Both the position numbers and the translations under genes were made by a program. Below, piece after piece: positions 34,399-60,535 of a DNA stretch of 64,000 bases. How positions within the stretch are numbered: the first letter of the stretch is position 1; the number at the start of each line of letters is the position of its first letter. Source of the stretch: Amoebidium appalachense (lineage: Eukaryota > Protista > Ichthyosporea); contig CAVNZM010000004.1 in the NCBI GenBank assembly GCA_963693365.1, forward strand, positions 7,787,093 through 7,851,092. Reading direction: 5' to 3'. The notes below the pieces were generated by a model that did not search any database, was not told where the DNA came from, and worked only from the letters and a program-made list of their open reading frames with translations.

Positions 34399-36450
34399 AT
34401 GGTGGTGACTCGTGACTTCTGCCAAAGACTACCTAAAGTGGTGGGTATGCATACTCTGTAGTGTGGGCCATAGCCTACGGTTACAAAAGGCAGCAGCCTG
34501 TGGTTATTAAAGAGCCTCGGGGGGGCGGGGGCGGGGGGGGGGAGGAGGGGGGGGGTGTTCGTTCCGAAATAATAACATGCCCACACATTAAGCCCTCACC
34601 CACTCATCTGTTTCAACCTGTTATCATCTCTCAACAGGAGCTACATGCGCACGTCAACGGGTCAGTGAGTGTGCTTACCCTTTCAAGTTTGCTTGTTCAC
34701 TACGAGGAGACATACGGCCAGTCTAAAAAACTGGAAGAGGTAGTGGCTCACTGCACCATAGAGGACGGGGATGCACGCACACTTAACGAGTATGTAATTA
34801 ATGACCTACAACCTCTCCCCCCCCCCCCCCCCCCCCCTCCTCCCCCCCTCCCCCCACCCGGGCATGGTTGCTCTGTGTCGTGCATCTGTAAGCACATACA
34901 CATTTTTCGCTGCACTGCATTAGTTTGCAGACACATCTTCACCGTTTTGCTCACCTTGCTTGCATCCCTGCTCGTCTTTGATCAAGACGGGTTGACCCGC
35001 CCAAGTTCAGTTGATGCTGCTGTCTGATTTGGAGTGTCGTATATACGCGGGCTAAGGGGTCGAAACTCAGACGCAATTGATGACTTGGGTCCTCCCTGAG
35101 GATACGCTCTGCTTATGACGCATACTGTGCACATGGCTGATGTTGCATACTTGAATGTTTGTCTTTGCATGTGTCCTGCACCATGCTTCTCGTCGTGTAT
35201 GCGTACTTCTTACCATGTTCCGCATTCAAAACCCCAACCCCCGGCCTCTCCCCCCTCCCCCTCCGGGACCCTCCCTCCCCCTCCTCCTGGCGCCATCTCC
35301 CTCCCCTCTGCCCACACTTCCCTTCCCCCTTCGACCTCCCCTTCGGGCTCCCCCTCCCGGGGCCCCCCTCCCGTCCCTCGGGAGTCCTTCCCCTGCTCGT
35401 CCTCTCTCTCCGTTGTAATTACCTACAACCTCCCCAGCTCCCCCATCCCCCCCCCCCCCCAATCCCCCCCTCGCCTCCCCTCCTCTCCCCCCTTCCCCTT
35501 TCCCTGAGTCCCATCCCCCCCCCCCCCCCCCACCCCACCCCCACCCCACCCCCCTCTTCTTGAACCCCATCACATGGTCCGTCCGACCCCAGAGTCTTTT
35601 CAAAGCAGTTACTGGGAAGTGATTATGACATCCAGTAACTATATAGTCATAATGACTGATGACCGTGTATTGAGTTTCCTGACGGGCTGTGTGTTTGTGC
35701 GGGTTAAACTATGTGAGTACTGATAATGTCATTCTGCACTCGCTCGTTTGGTGACTGTGTCATTCAATATTTCGCCTTTATTGCAAGCTCCCGGGCTGAA
35801 CAACGCTCTACGGGCAAGGCCCTTTCCTCACCCCAAGACCCCCCCCCCCCCCCTGCCTGTTCCGCCCCCTCCTCGTCCTCCCCCCCTCCCCCCCCTCCCC
35901 CCCCCCCCCCCCCTCTGTCGGCTGCCAACCCCCGCCTCTTCTGAAGCTCCCCGCACGTTTTATCTTTATGATTTGACTGCTTGTTATTTTTATGACAATT
36001 TGTGTTTTGTCTTTTGGTGCCTTCCCCTCCATATCTCCAACTCTCTAATGCATGCATCCCCTTTTCCCTCCCCTCCCCCCCCCCCCCTCCCCCTCCCCAT
36101 CCTTTGCAGGTGTTTTGAGCTATTTGGGACCATCCATTCCTTTCTTCTCCCCCTCTCCCCCCATCCCCCCTGCAGCTTACTACTCCATCTCTCTTTCCGT
36201 CTCCAACCGTTGTCCACCAACAGCCCACAACTTGACCACCACGTGTGCAGCAGTGACGCAGTAATGTTGTGTGTGGGCCACAGGGTCGGTATGTTCCAGA
36301 TACCGTCTATTCGGATTGTTGTAGCTACCAGGTAGGGTAAGTACTAAATTATCGACGTCAGGTTTTAAAGATTGATTATCTAAACGTTGCAAGGGCCTCT
36401 CGGCCGGGGCCCAGCTCACCACACGACCCCCCCCCCCCCCCCCCCCGGCT

Positions 36451-36491
<41 letters not shown>

Positions 36492-36677
36492 CCCCCCCCC
36501 CCCCCCCCCACCCACCCACCCCCCCCCCCCCCCACCCACCCCCCCCCCCCCCCCCCCCCCCCCCCCGGGGCCGGCGAACACATCGTGGCACAGGCACCCA
36601 CGAAACACACCTAGCCGCTATAAATTCGTACATCATGTTGTACACCTCATTCAACACCCCCCCCTCCCCTCGCATGC

Positions 36678-36720
<43 letters not shown>

Positions 36721-37757
36721 ACACACATCATACTCGCGCATGCGTGCATGCACACATATCATCCCACCTCCTTCGTCTCCCAACCAGCTCCACCCGGCCC
36801 GACTTGAGACTTTTTTTAAGTTGATTGCTTCACTCTTACCATGGACGTCTCTAAAATCCCTGTCTATTATATATAATAAGGCTTAAACTATATTCAAGAC
36901 TTACCAAGCTGGGTCGTGCCGGCTTGTAGGAATTTGCCGAAGATGGTGTGTGCTATCTGGAGCTTCGAACAACCCCCCGAGCCGTGCCTGAAAATGGTAG
37001 CCTACGCATAGCACATATCCTCCCCGCGCCCCTCCCCCGCCCCCTCCCCCCCCCCTTCCACGGACTCAGAGGCTAAATGATGCTTCTTTAAGTATTTTCT
37101 GTATTGCACGCCGGTTATCTCTGAAAACAAATGCAGTGACTATACAAATATCGGTACGGTGCACCAACACCGACTGAGTCAGACAGTGGGGGGCCGTGGT
37201 CAACGGTTTCCTCGAGTTGACCGGGTAGCAAGGCCGACTCGGATGCTACCAATCAAATGCCGATCAGTGAACAAAGTTTGGCTAGAAGCTCGGACTAGCT
37301 GTGCCGGCACATCTTGACCTTAAGACACCTGTGTAGTGGGGAAATACGTTTAAGAGATTGAATATTTGACATTTAGTATCGGTGCAGGGCTATGTGCGTC
37401 CGTGCGTCCGTGTGTCCGTGTGCCCCTGTGTGCGTATGTCAGTGCATATGTAGCTGTCGTGTGTGTGTGCATGTGTAGTTGATTCGGTATTGCATGTATT
37501 TTCCGCTGCCTGGCCGAGTATTGTGGCGTTGCCGTCGCATGCATGTGTTTAAAACTTCCAGGAACAAATTATGAGTTAGGCTAACGAGACACGGAGAACG
37601 TGGCAAGATGCAGACTGTGCAATGTCCCTGGTGTGAGGTCTAACCACTTGTCATGTGGCTGCAGGGATGAGCAAGGAGGGATATGTGGAGGCAATACTCG
37701 GCGCAATGGAGCTGGCGGCAAAGGAGAATGGTACGTGTGTGTGGTGGTGGTGGGGGT

Positions 37758-37789
<32 letters not shown>

Positions 37790-38500
37790 GGTTGGGTGGG
37801 TGGGGGGGTGGGTGGGTGGCTGTGTGTGCGTGTGTTGGAGGGGGGGATGGGGGGCAAGTGGGCAATGGGGCTGGTGTGCCGGGAGTGTGTGGGTGGATGG
37901 GTGTGTGACGGTGTGTGTGCGGCCAGATGGCAAGGATGTGTGTCACCGGGTGTGGATGGATAGATAAAGCTTATGTGCTTTGTGCGTGGGTGGTTGAATT
38001 TGTGTATGCCGGCTAGCACATGTGCACATGTGTTTCTGCATGTGGGGACCTGGGGGAAGGGGGGGGGGGGGGGGGGGGGGGGGGGGACGAATGCTTGGAC
38101 GTGTTTGTGTGTAAGTTGTTCGTGGCGTTTGTCCGAGGGTCCTTGCATGTTTGAAGTTTTTGTCAGTTGTTCTATTTCTATTGACCTATTTTCCACCATT
38201 TCTGCAAATACGCTGCCTTGCATTTGAATAGAAAAGGGCGCTCCTTAGCATGTGCATGTTGACGATGCGTCTTACACTGTCACATTACAAATATGCCTCA
38301 TCTTTCTCCTAGCCCCTGCTATTTTTACACACTCTCCTGAACTCTTTCTTCCCCCTTCCCCTCCTTGTGCCCCCCCTCCCCCCAACCCCCCCAACCCCTC
38401 CCCCGGCCTGCCGCCGGTGCCCCACGCGCCTGCTCCGCCTTCGTCTCTCCCTCTCTCCCAGCCTCTCACCCAGCCTCTTACTCACCTACTCGCCCAGACG

Positions 38501-38573
<73 letters not shown>

Positions 38574-38635
38574 CACACTGGCACACACACACACACACAC
38601 ACAAACAGACACACACACACACACACACACATCAC

Positions 38636-38718
<83 letters not shown>

Positions 38719-38970
38719 CCCCCCTTTCTCTCCCCCCCCCCTTGCCCCCCCTCCCCCCCCCCCCCCCCCCCCCCCCCCCCCACACACACATCCCTCCCCC
38801 CCTCTCTCCTCCCCCCCTCCCCCCCCCCACACAGCAATCACTGTGCGCCTTCTTCTCAGCATAGACCGCAGGGGCACCCTATCTGATGCCCAGGAGGCCG
38901 TAGCCTTGGCTGTGAAATACGCCCACAGAGGTGTTGTGGGTATAGATTTAAGTGGCAATCCAAACGTATG

Positions 38971-39006
<36 letters not shown>

Positions 39007-39502
39007 ACTCCGCCCGCCGCACCCTCGCCTCTCTCCAAAGAGACGAAACACACTCTATGTTCTCTTGCTCCAGATCGCTGCTTCTCTAAGGTCTATGACT
39101 TCGTCGGCGTTTTGTGATTTGACATCAACATAACTTCAAGTTTAGTTCGTATCGGACGTCGGGATATATGTTGTTTTTGCCCTTATCTGGTGCATAGCAT
39201 CCGTTTTTAGGATTGAGCAATTGCGCTATGAAGAAATCCTGGAGAAATGTCGACATTCCGCAAAGAGTCGGGAATTATTGCTATAGACAAAGAGGAAACA
39301 TGATGCTATGAGGACAATTTAGCGCTACGAGACTGTGTATAACGCGGTTCGTAGAACTGTGTGGCATTTTGCTGGCTTCCTCGACCGTGAAACCTTGGCC
39401 TGATTGGTCGGTGGGTTTGATGGACAGGTGGGGAGTGCGGACGATTTTGGGAAGCAAATGCAGGAGGCAAGGTGGGTGCACGGGGGGGATGGGGGGGCGG
39501 GG

Positions 39503-39544
<42 letters not shown>

Positions 39545-41324
39545 TCACCCGCAAAGGGGGGAAGGGTGTGGTGGTGGTGGCGGGGGGAGGGGGGGGGGAG
39601 GGGGGAGGAAGGGAGTGTTAGGTGTACGCGACAGCAAGTACTTTGCAGTGACACTGGTTCACTGTTTGTATGGGTGTAGTGTGTGTGTGTTAAGGGGCGG
39701 CAATTTCCGGTGAGCCCCAATGGCTCACCATGTAGGGCACTGCCCAAAGAGGAGTGCCTTGTATATTTCTAAAGAACCAATCAGCGTGCTAGATGGCACC
39801 GACGGTGTAATATATGGCATATGCAGTAACGCTTGACGCACTGATTAGTTTACTGTATATTCCCACTTTTTTTTATATATTTTTTTATGGGCCACGCTTC
39901 CAAATGAGTTCGTGCAGCAAAATGACTAGGTGGGCTCGGAGATTGAAGAGTGGCCCAGAAAGAACGGATAAACAGACTTCTTGTTCTGGAAGCATAAGGG
40001 TTAGTCTCAGAAAGGTGGAGGATACTTCAGTGTTTTTCATTATTGGGCTATCGGTTGGCAAGCATTGAGTCCCAGTGCATCTGAAAGGTAGGAAAGTCAC
40101 GGTGCTTTTGTTTACCGGATTCTCAGTTAGCAAACCTCAAGTTCAAGCTTATTCAGACAGTGGAAGAATACTTCGGTGTTTTTGCTCACCTGATTTCCGG
40201 TCAGCAAGCAGCGCCAAGTTCCAAGTGTATCAGAGAGGCAGGATCCCAATCGAAGATCCTTCGGTGTTTTTGCCGCACCGTGCCGGGTTTCGCTTACACA
40301 CACACACATATACACAGGCAGCACGGGCTTCGTCTTGCGGTTCATTTTGGGGAGGTGGACAACCCGAGCGACAGCAATTACATTGTGCACACACTAAGGC
40401 CGGACAGGCTGGGCCACGGCACCTTTATCCCCGATGACGTTATGGCCTACCTGACTGATAACCCCATACCACTGGGTAAGACCTCACTCTGTTTTTGCGT
40501 TTTTTTTTCTTTTCTTTTTTTCCCCCTCTCTTTTCTTGTCTTTCGTTCTGTCTTTCTTTCTTTCTTTCTTTCTTTTGTTTTCCGTTCTCCAATGCCACCT
40601 GTAGAGGTCGCGCGATCGCAGACCCCGAATTGACGAACCTTCCACTTTTGCAAACTCTTAACCCCCCCCCCCCCCCCCCCCCCCCCTCCTTCTCCCCAGG
40701 CTCTGCTCTAATTGTCGATCAGTTAAAACCTGTGTCGGGGTGGCTCATTCAGATCAGGTTGGATAGCTCATAAGGTTTGGTCCTGTCTACTGCGCAATTT
40801 TGATCCATTATGCTGGGACTTTGCATTGGTACGTGTGTGTGTTTGTGTGCGCGCACACGTGCGGCTCTATGGGAGAACTAATTTGATGTTTTACTACTGG
40901 TGTACGTAATTTAATGTTTTGGTACTGGTGTACCCATGTTAATGTTGTACTAATATGCACTAGTTGCTGGTGTACCTAATCTGGAGTTATCATGATATTG
41001 CTGGTGTACCTAGTTTGGTGCGATATTACTGGTGTACTTAGTTTGGTGTTATAATACTGGTGTGCCTAGTTTGATGTTTTATCGCTTGTACGGCACCCAA
41101 TTTAGTGTTTTATTGCTGGTGTACCTGTGGGGAACTTTCAACGGTAATTTTATGTGACGACCTATTTGTAGTGCACCCATTAGCTTAACCACTATATCCT
41201 TGGTTGTATCGGTGTCAGGGATCTGTGATTGAAATCTGTGGTTGTACCCTTGTTACTCGAGAATTGTCAGGTGTTCATCAGCCTTCCACAATGTACTCAC
41301 ATTGCCTGCATTCCCCCCCCCACC

Positions 41325-41362
<38 letters not shown>

Positions 41363-41366
41363 TCTC

Positions 41367-41397
<31 letters not shown>

Positions 41398-42402
41398 ATC
41401 GCCCTTGCCCCCTTTTCCTCATCCCGTTCCACCCTCCCCTCCGCGGAACCCTCCCCCCCCCCTCCCCCCCCCTCCCCCCCAACCCAACCCAGAGGTGTGC
41501 CTGACGTCCAATGTGATGTGCCGCACAGTCAGCAGCTACGACACCCATCACTTCCTCGACCTCTACAGAGCAGGATATCCCTGTGCAATCTGTGTACGTA
41601 CCCTACCCCACCCTTCCCCCATGAATTTCTCTCTCCTTTTCTCTCTCTTTCTCTCTCTCTCCCCGCTCCCCCCCCCCCCCCCCCCCCCCCCCCCCGGGGG
41701 GGTGTGCACATACACAATACTCTTGCCATATACTGGAAATTGTGTTATAAATTGTGGCATGCTGGGCCGCAGGAATGGTCTCCTCCCCCTTATGATGGGC
41801 TCTGTTTAAGTGTCTTCTGCCTGCACACTTAGATGGTTTGATTTCGGGTTTCTCATTTTTGTGACGTTTTGTTGTTGTCCTCTGGGGTCTCCTCCATATT
41901 TCCAACCCTCTAACACATACATCACCCCCTCCCCCGGGCCCTCCCTGAGGATGGGCTCTGCTTATGACGCATACTGTGCGCATGGCTGATGTTGCATACT
42001 TGAATGTTTGCCTTTGCATGTGTCCTGCACCATGCTTCTCATCGCGTATGCGTAATTCGTACCGTGTTCCGCATTCAACCCCCCCCCCCCCCCCCCCTTC
42101 TTCCTCACCCCTACCTACCCTCACCCCACACTCCATCTCCCCCCCCCTCCCCCTCCCCCCTCCCCCTCCCCCCCCCCCAAACCCAAACGCTCACTCCATC
42201 CCCACCCTTCTGACTTTTTGAAATGGCTCCCAAATTCTGGCTTTTTCTCACGGAGATACTGTATTCTTGGTTTGGCAGAGGTCAAAGTCTGTCCATTTTC
42301 CACCGTCCCAGGAACACACACATCCCCGTACTTGCACCTGCATGTATACACGCTCTCTTCTTTTTGTTCTCTCTTTTCACTCCCCTCCCCTCCCCCCCCC
42401 CT

Positions 42403-42473
<71 letters not shown>

Positions 42474-43367
42474 TCCTCTCTCTCCACCCCCTCTTCCCCC
42501 CAGTGCACACACACAAAGTTACCTGAAAACAGGCTTGCATTGTACTATACTCGTACACTTTTATTAGTTACACACAATCAGACTCGTACACAAACGGCAT
42601 ACATCTGGCCTAATTACAATAGTGACGTTGCAATCTCCTCCCCCCCCCCCCCCCCCCCCCCCCCGTTATAACACAAATCCCCTCCCCCCCCCCCCCTCCC
42701 CCCCACCACCTCCCCCCCCCCCCCCCCCCCCACCACCACCACCACCACCACCACCACACACACACACACACACACAAATGTTGTCACGAAGGGCATATTT
42801 GTGCTGCACACACATGCACGCACGCACACACGCACACACACACGCATACACAAACATAAGCATACCTGCACACACAGTCTGACCGCCTGTGTTACATATA
42901 CACACAAAAACGTTCTCTCTTCTTTCTTGCTTGCACACGCTCACACACGTACACATTCAGACGGACGACAAAGGTGTCTTCAACACCACCCTGAGCAAAG
43001 AGTATTATATTGCTGCAACCAACCTCCACCTCACACCCTTTGTACTCTGGGAACTATCCTACCGATCTATCGATTACATTTTTGCCAACAACGAGGTCTG
43101 CCCCCCCCCCCCCCCTCTCCCCCCCCCCCCCCCCCACCCCCAACCCCACTTTTCACCCCCAACCCCACTTTTCAATCCGACCCACCCACCGTTGTACATA
43201 CACTAACACAAACACAAGCACATGAAACGTGTCCATTTGTCGAAGGCACACACCACAGCAACGGAATCTAGATCGTTGGGTTTAATAGGGGAGGAGGGAG
43301 GTGGGTCGACGTGAGAGAGTTAACTGTTTTGGAGATGGCGCGGGGGGTGGGTGGGTGGGTGGGTGTT

Positions 43368-43398
<31 letters not shown>

Positions 43399-43838
43399 AG
43401 GGGGGAAAAATCTTTCCTTCTGATATATTTCTTCGGCGGGTTGAAGGAGAGTGTAGCCCTTAGTGTTTCGAATGTGCTACATGGTGTTGCACACGTATGT
43501 ATATCGATGGGGTTGGGGTGGGTAGGTTGATGAATGGGAACAAACTGTCTTTGCCAACAATTTGGGGTAAGGGTGGGTGACTTGAGGGCTAAGGAGCTGG
43601 GCTAAGGGTGAGAGGAAAGCCGGGAAGAAGATTTGGGGGGGAAGGGGGGGGGGAAGGGGGGGGGGGGGGGGGGGGGGGGGTGCAGATTTTTGAGTTAGGG
43701 AACCCTCTTATGTATTTTTACGGGGGCAGCTGGAAGGCTGTAGACTGATTTTATCTATTTTAACAGGTAAAAGAGGCACTGCGCAGTCACTGGAAGGCTA
43801 CCAAGCAAGAGATGCTTGGCACAGTAACAACAAATTAG
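34399..43838 (+). CDS. ADAL: Adenosine deaminase-like protein / N6-methyl-AMP deaminase
   Basis: Exons 34399-34440, 34638-34789, 36110-~36137, ~36229-36260, [about 7 aa unresolved], 36930-36996, 37665-37730, 38835-38965, 39428-39471, 40318-40475, 41493-41593, 42961-43095, 43767-43838. Motifs: LPKVELHAHVNGS (HxNG as in ADAL, versus HLDG in ADA), YLELRTTPR, IDRR, GIDLSGNP, HFGE, PDRLGHGT, EVCLTSN, ICTDDKGVF. Confidence 0.93.
35022..35229 (+). mobile_element. Long copy of the C-tract-associated SINE/LINE-tail repeat, in ADAL intron 2
   Basis: Matches 41936-42078, 7801-7920 (rc) and 55225-55399. The 3' end gttccgcattcaa is followed by a C-rich tract. Confidence 0.75.
40878..41128. repeat. Degenerate ~28-bp tandem repeat in an ADAL intron
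   Basis: About 7-8 units resembling (a/g)ctggtgtacctagtttgatgttttatt. Confidence 0.8.
41936..42078 (+). mobile_element. Truncated copy of the C-tract-associated repeat
   Basis: Highly similar to 35087-35229, with C tracts on both sides. Confidence 0.75.
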
Positions 43839-44621
43839 GCATTGCAACAGTGAGTGATCACCTAGACTGAGTGCTGGCGCGTCAGTTGGTTGCCACCAGC
43901 GCCACAGGGTGCAATGGAATAGATAGTGCGTCTTCTGCCTAGAATTAGATGATACATGTTAACTTAGTTTCCAGATCCTTACGCATTTGGTGAAAGGTTT
44001 AATGAATGCTGCATGATAGGACAACGACAAAACGCGTTTTAGCAAACGATGACGGTTTGAAACCTCACCCAAATTCCAGTACAGTTGGACACTCGGTGAA
44101 CATGCCTGAACATCTGGCATACTTCTCGGCTCCGGGTTCTGCTGTTGGTGGTGGTGGTGGTGGCGGTGTGTACGTGTGTGTGTGTGTGTGCCCCCCCAAC
44201 TCCCCCCCCCCCCCCCCACACACACACCCCATCCTCCCCCTCCCCCCACCGACCCTCCCACCCTCCACCCCCATTCTCCACACTCCAACCCTCAACCCGC
44301 GCGCCAACATCTTCCTGAAAAAACATCATATATCCAACACCTGCTTCTGCCACCATCACCCCCCTGCACCCACCCACACACACCCTATCCCCACCCACCC
44401 GCCCACCCCAAATCCGCGTCTCCCCTCTCCCCACGTGCCTTGCATACGCAGCAATCCCCTACTCTTTCCAGCCTCTTCTTTTCGTTGTGTGTGTGTGTGT
44501 GTGTGTGCGGGTAGGGGGGGGGGGGGGGGGGGGGGGGGGGGGATCGAGAACAGACAGAAAAGCCCGAATAATCTCCAATACGACTCAGTGCTGGCGTAGG
44601 CGTGGCAAATGGTTATCTATG

Positions 44622-44652
<31 letters not shown>

Positions 44653-46284
44653 CGCGTGCGTGTGCGTGTGCGTGTGTGGGTGTGTGCTGCAGTTGTTTTT
44701 TCTGGGGGGGGAGGAGGGGGGGGGGGGGGGGAGGGAAGGGTGGGAAGGAGGGATATTTTGCGAGCATGGCGTTTGGCCAACCCATGGTTTCGCGTTCCTG
44801 TTCCGACCTCTGGGTCTTTCCGTTTCTCAAAATATTGAGGTTTAGCAAATCGGATCATGGAACCTTAGGACCCTCTGTTCCGGATCCGACCACAACTCGG
44901 TCTCCGGGCCGACGGGGCCGTACTCTCAGTTTCAAATTCCTAAGATGGTGATTGGTGAATTACGCACCGACATACCCGATTAGGCAGGTGATTTCGGGCC
45001 GCACGATTGGATGCGTCTCATACACTCCTTCCAATTGGTTTGTGCAAAAAGGAGACGATAGCGCGCGCCGCGCGGCAGCAACGCAGAAACGCCGTGGCGA
45101 TGCAGGGCGATGCACTGTGTTGATTTCACACACGTTGGCCACACTGGCTCGGAAATAAAGCTTGAAACCGATTATTTAAGTAACAGGGAAAGAGCCGTCT
45201 CTTTTTTCTCAGTTTTCGTGAAGAGAATTACAAGTATATTTCAAGATCTTTCTTGACCAAGTTAACAAATTTTACTGAGGGAATTAGTAAGCCACGGATT
45301 TTTTTAATTTTTTTTTACGTGCCGGACCTCCTCCTCTTCACATCTTGCACAAAGAAATTCGGTTGAGAAGTTTGCCGAACCAGATTTAACTACGTAGCAT
45401 CTAAGAGACCCGGTTTCTGAACTCCCAAGATCTAACATGGATTGTAAGTGCAGGTGATCGAACTCTTTGTATGTGGGCAAGCTTGTATGAAGCATTTTGG
45501 GAGTGCGTTTGTGTACGAATGGCATTTAGCGGACGCGTCTAGGTATCTTCTGGCCACTTGCATGTGTTAGCGCTATCATTCATCGGTGCTTGTGCGCGCT
45601 TGTGTGTGTGCGTGTGTGCGCGACCATTTATGCAAGGTTTTTCTCCCTGTTTTGGATGTATGTTTGTGCACCTTATATGTGTGCGCATAGGCCGCCACAC
45701 AAACTCCCATGTGTTTTTTTTTTCTCGCTGTTACAGCGTTATCTGCAGCTTTTTTTTGCCTGCCTGTCTGCCTTTCCCTCGAGGCAGGAGTTTGTCTCCT
45801 TTGTTTAATTCTAACTAACCTGACACGGGCAAACGTACGGTTAAACTGTATTCGTTCCTATCACTTCGTCGAGTCTTGGTCATTTTTTCTCATCTGACCG
45901 GCGTGATGTACAACAGCATGGAGGTGGGTCAGGATAGGCTTGTGTGATAGCCACCCCATGAATATCGAAGTCTGCAAAGCCTTGTGTGTTTATTCTTAGG
46001 TGATGGTGAATCAGCAACAAAAAGTCAGCACATGAACGCAATGACATAAACACACACACATGCACATACACATAAAAACACACACACACACACAGGCACA
46101 GGCACAAGTGCACATAAACAAACAAACAAACACACACACAATCATCCACACACGCACACAAACGCGCGCGCACACACGCACACACACATACACACACTCA
46201 CACACACGCACACACACACACACACATACACACACACGCACGCACACACACAAACACACACACACACACACACACATACACACA

Positions 46285-46341
<57 letters not shown>

Positions 46342-46386
46342 CTATCCACACGCACACAGGCATACACACACACACACACAAACACA

Positions 46387-46426
<40 letters not shown>

Positions 46427-46920
46427 GCCTACGTCGTTTTCCTGGAAAATAAAGCAAATCGTTTAACCGACCCCTTGTTATTCCAGCTGTGACGCAGTCC
46501 GACTCCGAAATGGGTGACATGGTACGGAAGGCGCCCATAGTGAAACGTCTCTCAAGATCAAACATGGATGGGACCCGCTACCAAGGTGTGTCATAATGTC
46601 TTGTCACAGTGTGCATGCCATCACCGATGTACATAGATGCGCACATACATACAAAACATACACAAGAAAAGAGTCTGCAATACATACATGTAACATGCAA
46701 GTCGCCACTCTTCAACAGCAAGCATTCGAATTGTTGTACAAAATACCATGTCCTCACCTACATGCTGCAGAAACAAGCACACTACATAACCATTTAACTC
46801 CAAAAAACTCGTATAGCATCAGGCACACAGTCGCACATGAACACGCACACACATACACATGCTAGCGTGCACACAAACACATACACGTGCACACCAGGGC
46901 ACATGCACTGATATATACAT

Positions 46921-46997
<77 letters not shown>

Positions 46998-47431
46998 GCA
47001 AACACAAGTGCATTCTCGGTTGACACAGAGGGACAGAACTAGATACAAGCACACAAGCAAGCACATGCTTGTCCACACACACACACAGAGATACACACCC
47101 AAGATCCTCCCGTAGGGCACCTATAGCTAACGACCCACACACGTACACATCCATGTACATGGACACCTTTCTTTCTCCACTCCAACCCTCCCCCCCCACC
47201 AACCCCAACAACAAACCCGTTTCCTCTGGCCTTTCTCGAAACGTGCCGTCTTATGCACACACGCATGCCTCCGCGACCCACAAACAAACAGTGCATGTTC
47301 ATGCACACACACACACACACATGCACACACACACACACACCACACACAACACACACACGCGCGCACGCGTGTGTGGATGCAACCACGCGCACACACTAAC
47401 ACACACACACACACAGACACACACACACAAA

Positions 47432-47547
<116 letters not shown>

Positions 47548-47733
47548 TTGCCAACAAATAACCCGCACGTTGTTGTTTTCTGGTGGCCTTTTTCATGTCA
47601 CTGCGACTCTCCATTGCCACTCTTGAGACCAAACCAGATTTCTTTAATCCACCAATTCACTTAAAACCCCCAATCTTTAGTCTTCCCCTTGCTGTATTAA
47701 TGAACGTGTTTTCAGGTCACGTGACTTAACCGC

Positions 47734-60349
<12,616 letters not shown>

Positions 60350-60357
<8 letters not shown>

Positions 60358-60535
60358 TTGTTGGGAGTGATAGGCGGTGGTGCCACATGGAGCAGATTAG
60401 GAGTGATAGGGAGTATTTAGGAGTATATTGTAGGGAGTGATGGGGGGTAATGGGGAGTGGTAAGAGAGTAGTAGGGAATAGTAGGGAGTAACAAGGAGTG
60501 GTAAGGAGTAATGAGGAGTGATAAGGAGTAAAACG
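60350..60535 (+). repeat. ~10-bp degenerate tandem repeat (RGGAGTRRTA) starting at the septin stop codon
   Basis: ggagtgata, ggagtggta and ggagtaatg units follow from ggagtga at the stop. Confidence 0.7.

Noticed and set aside
35055-35105. Hammerhead-like words (GAAAC...GUC...CUGANGA) here and at 55258-55300
   Set aside because: Only 4-5 nt separate GUC from CUGANGA, so stem I cannot form, and stem II does not pair. Substitutions fit a coding remnant better.
39050-45430. Weak inverted similarities (39055/39300, 39700/40200, 44800/45420) as further MITEs
   Set aside because: The matches are too degenerate and no TSD could be identified.
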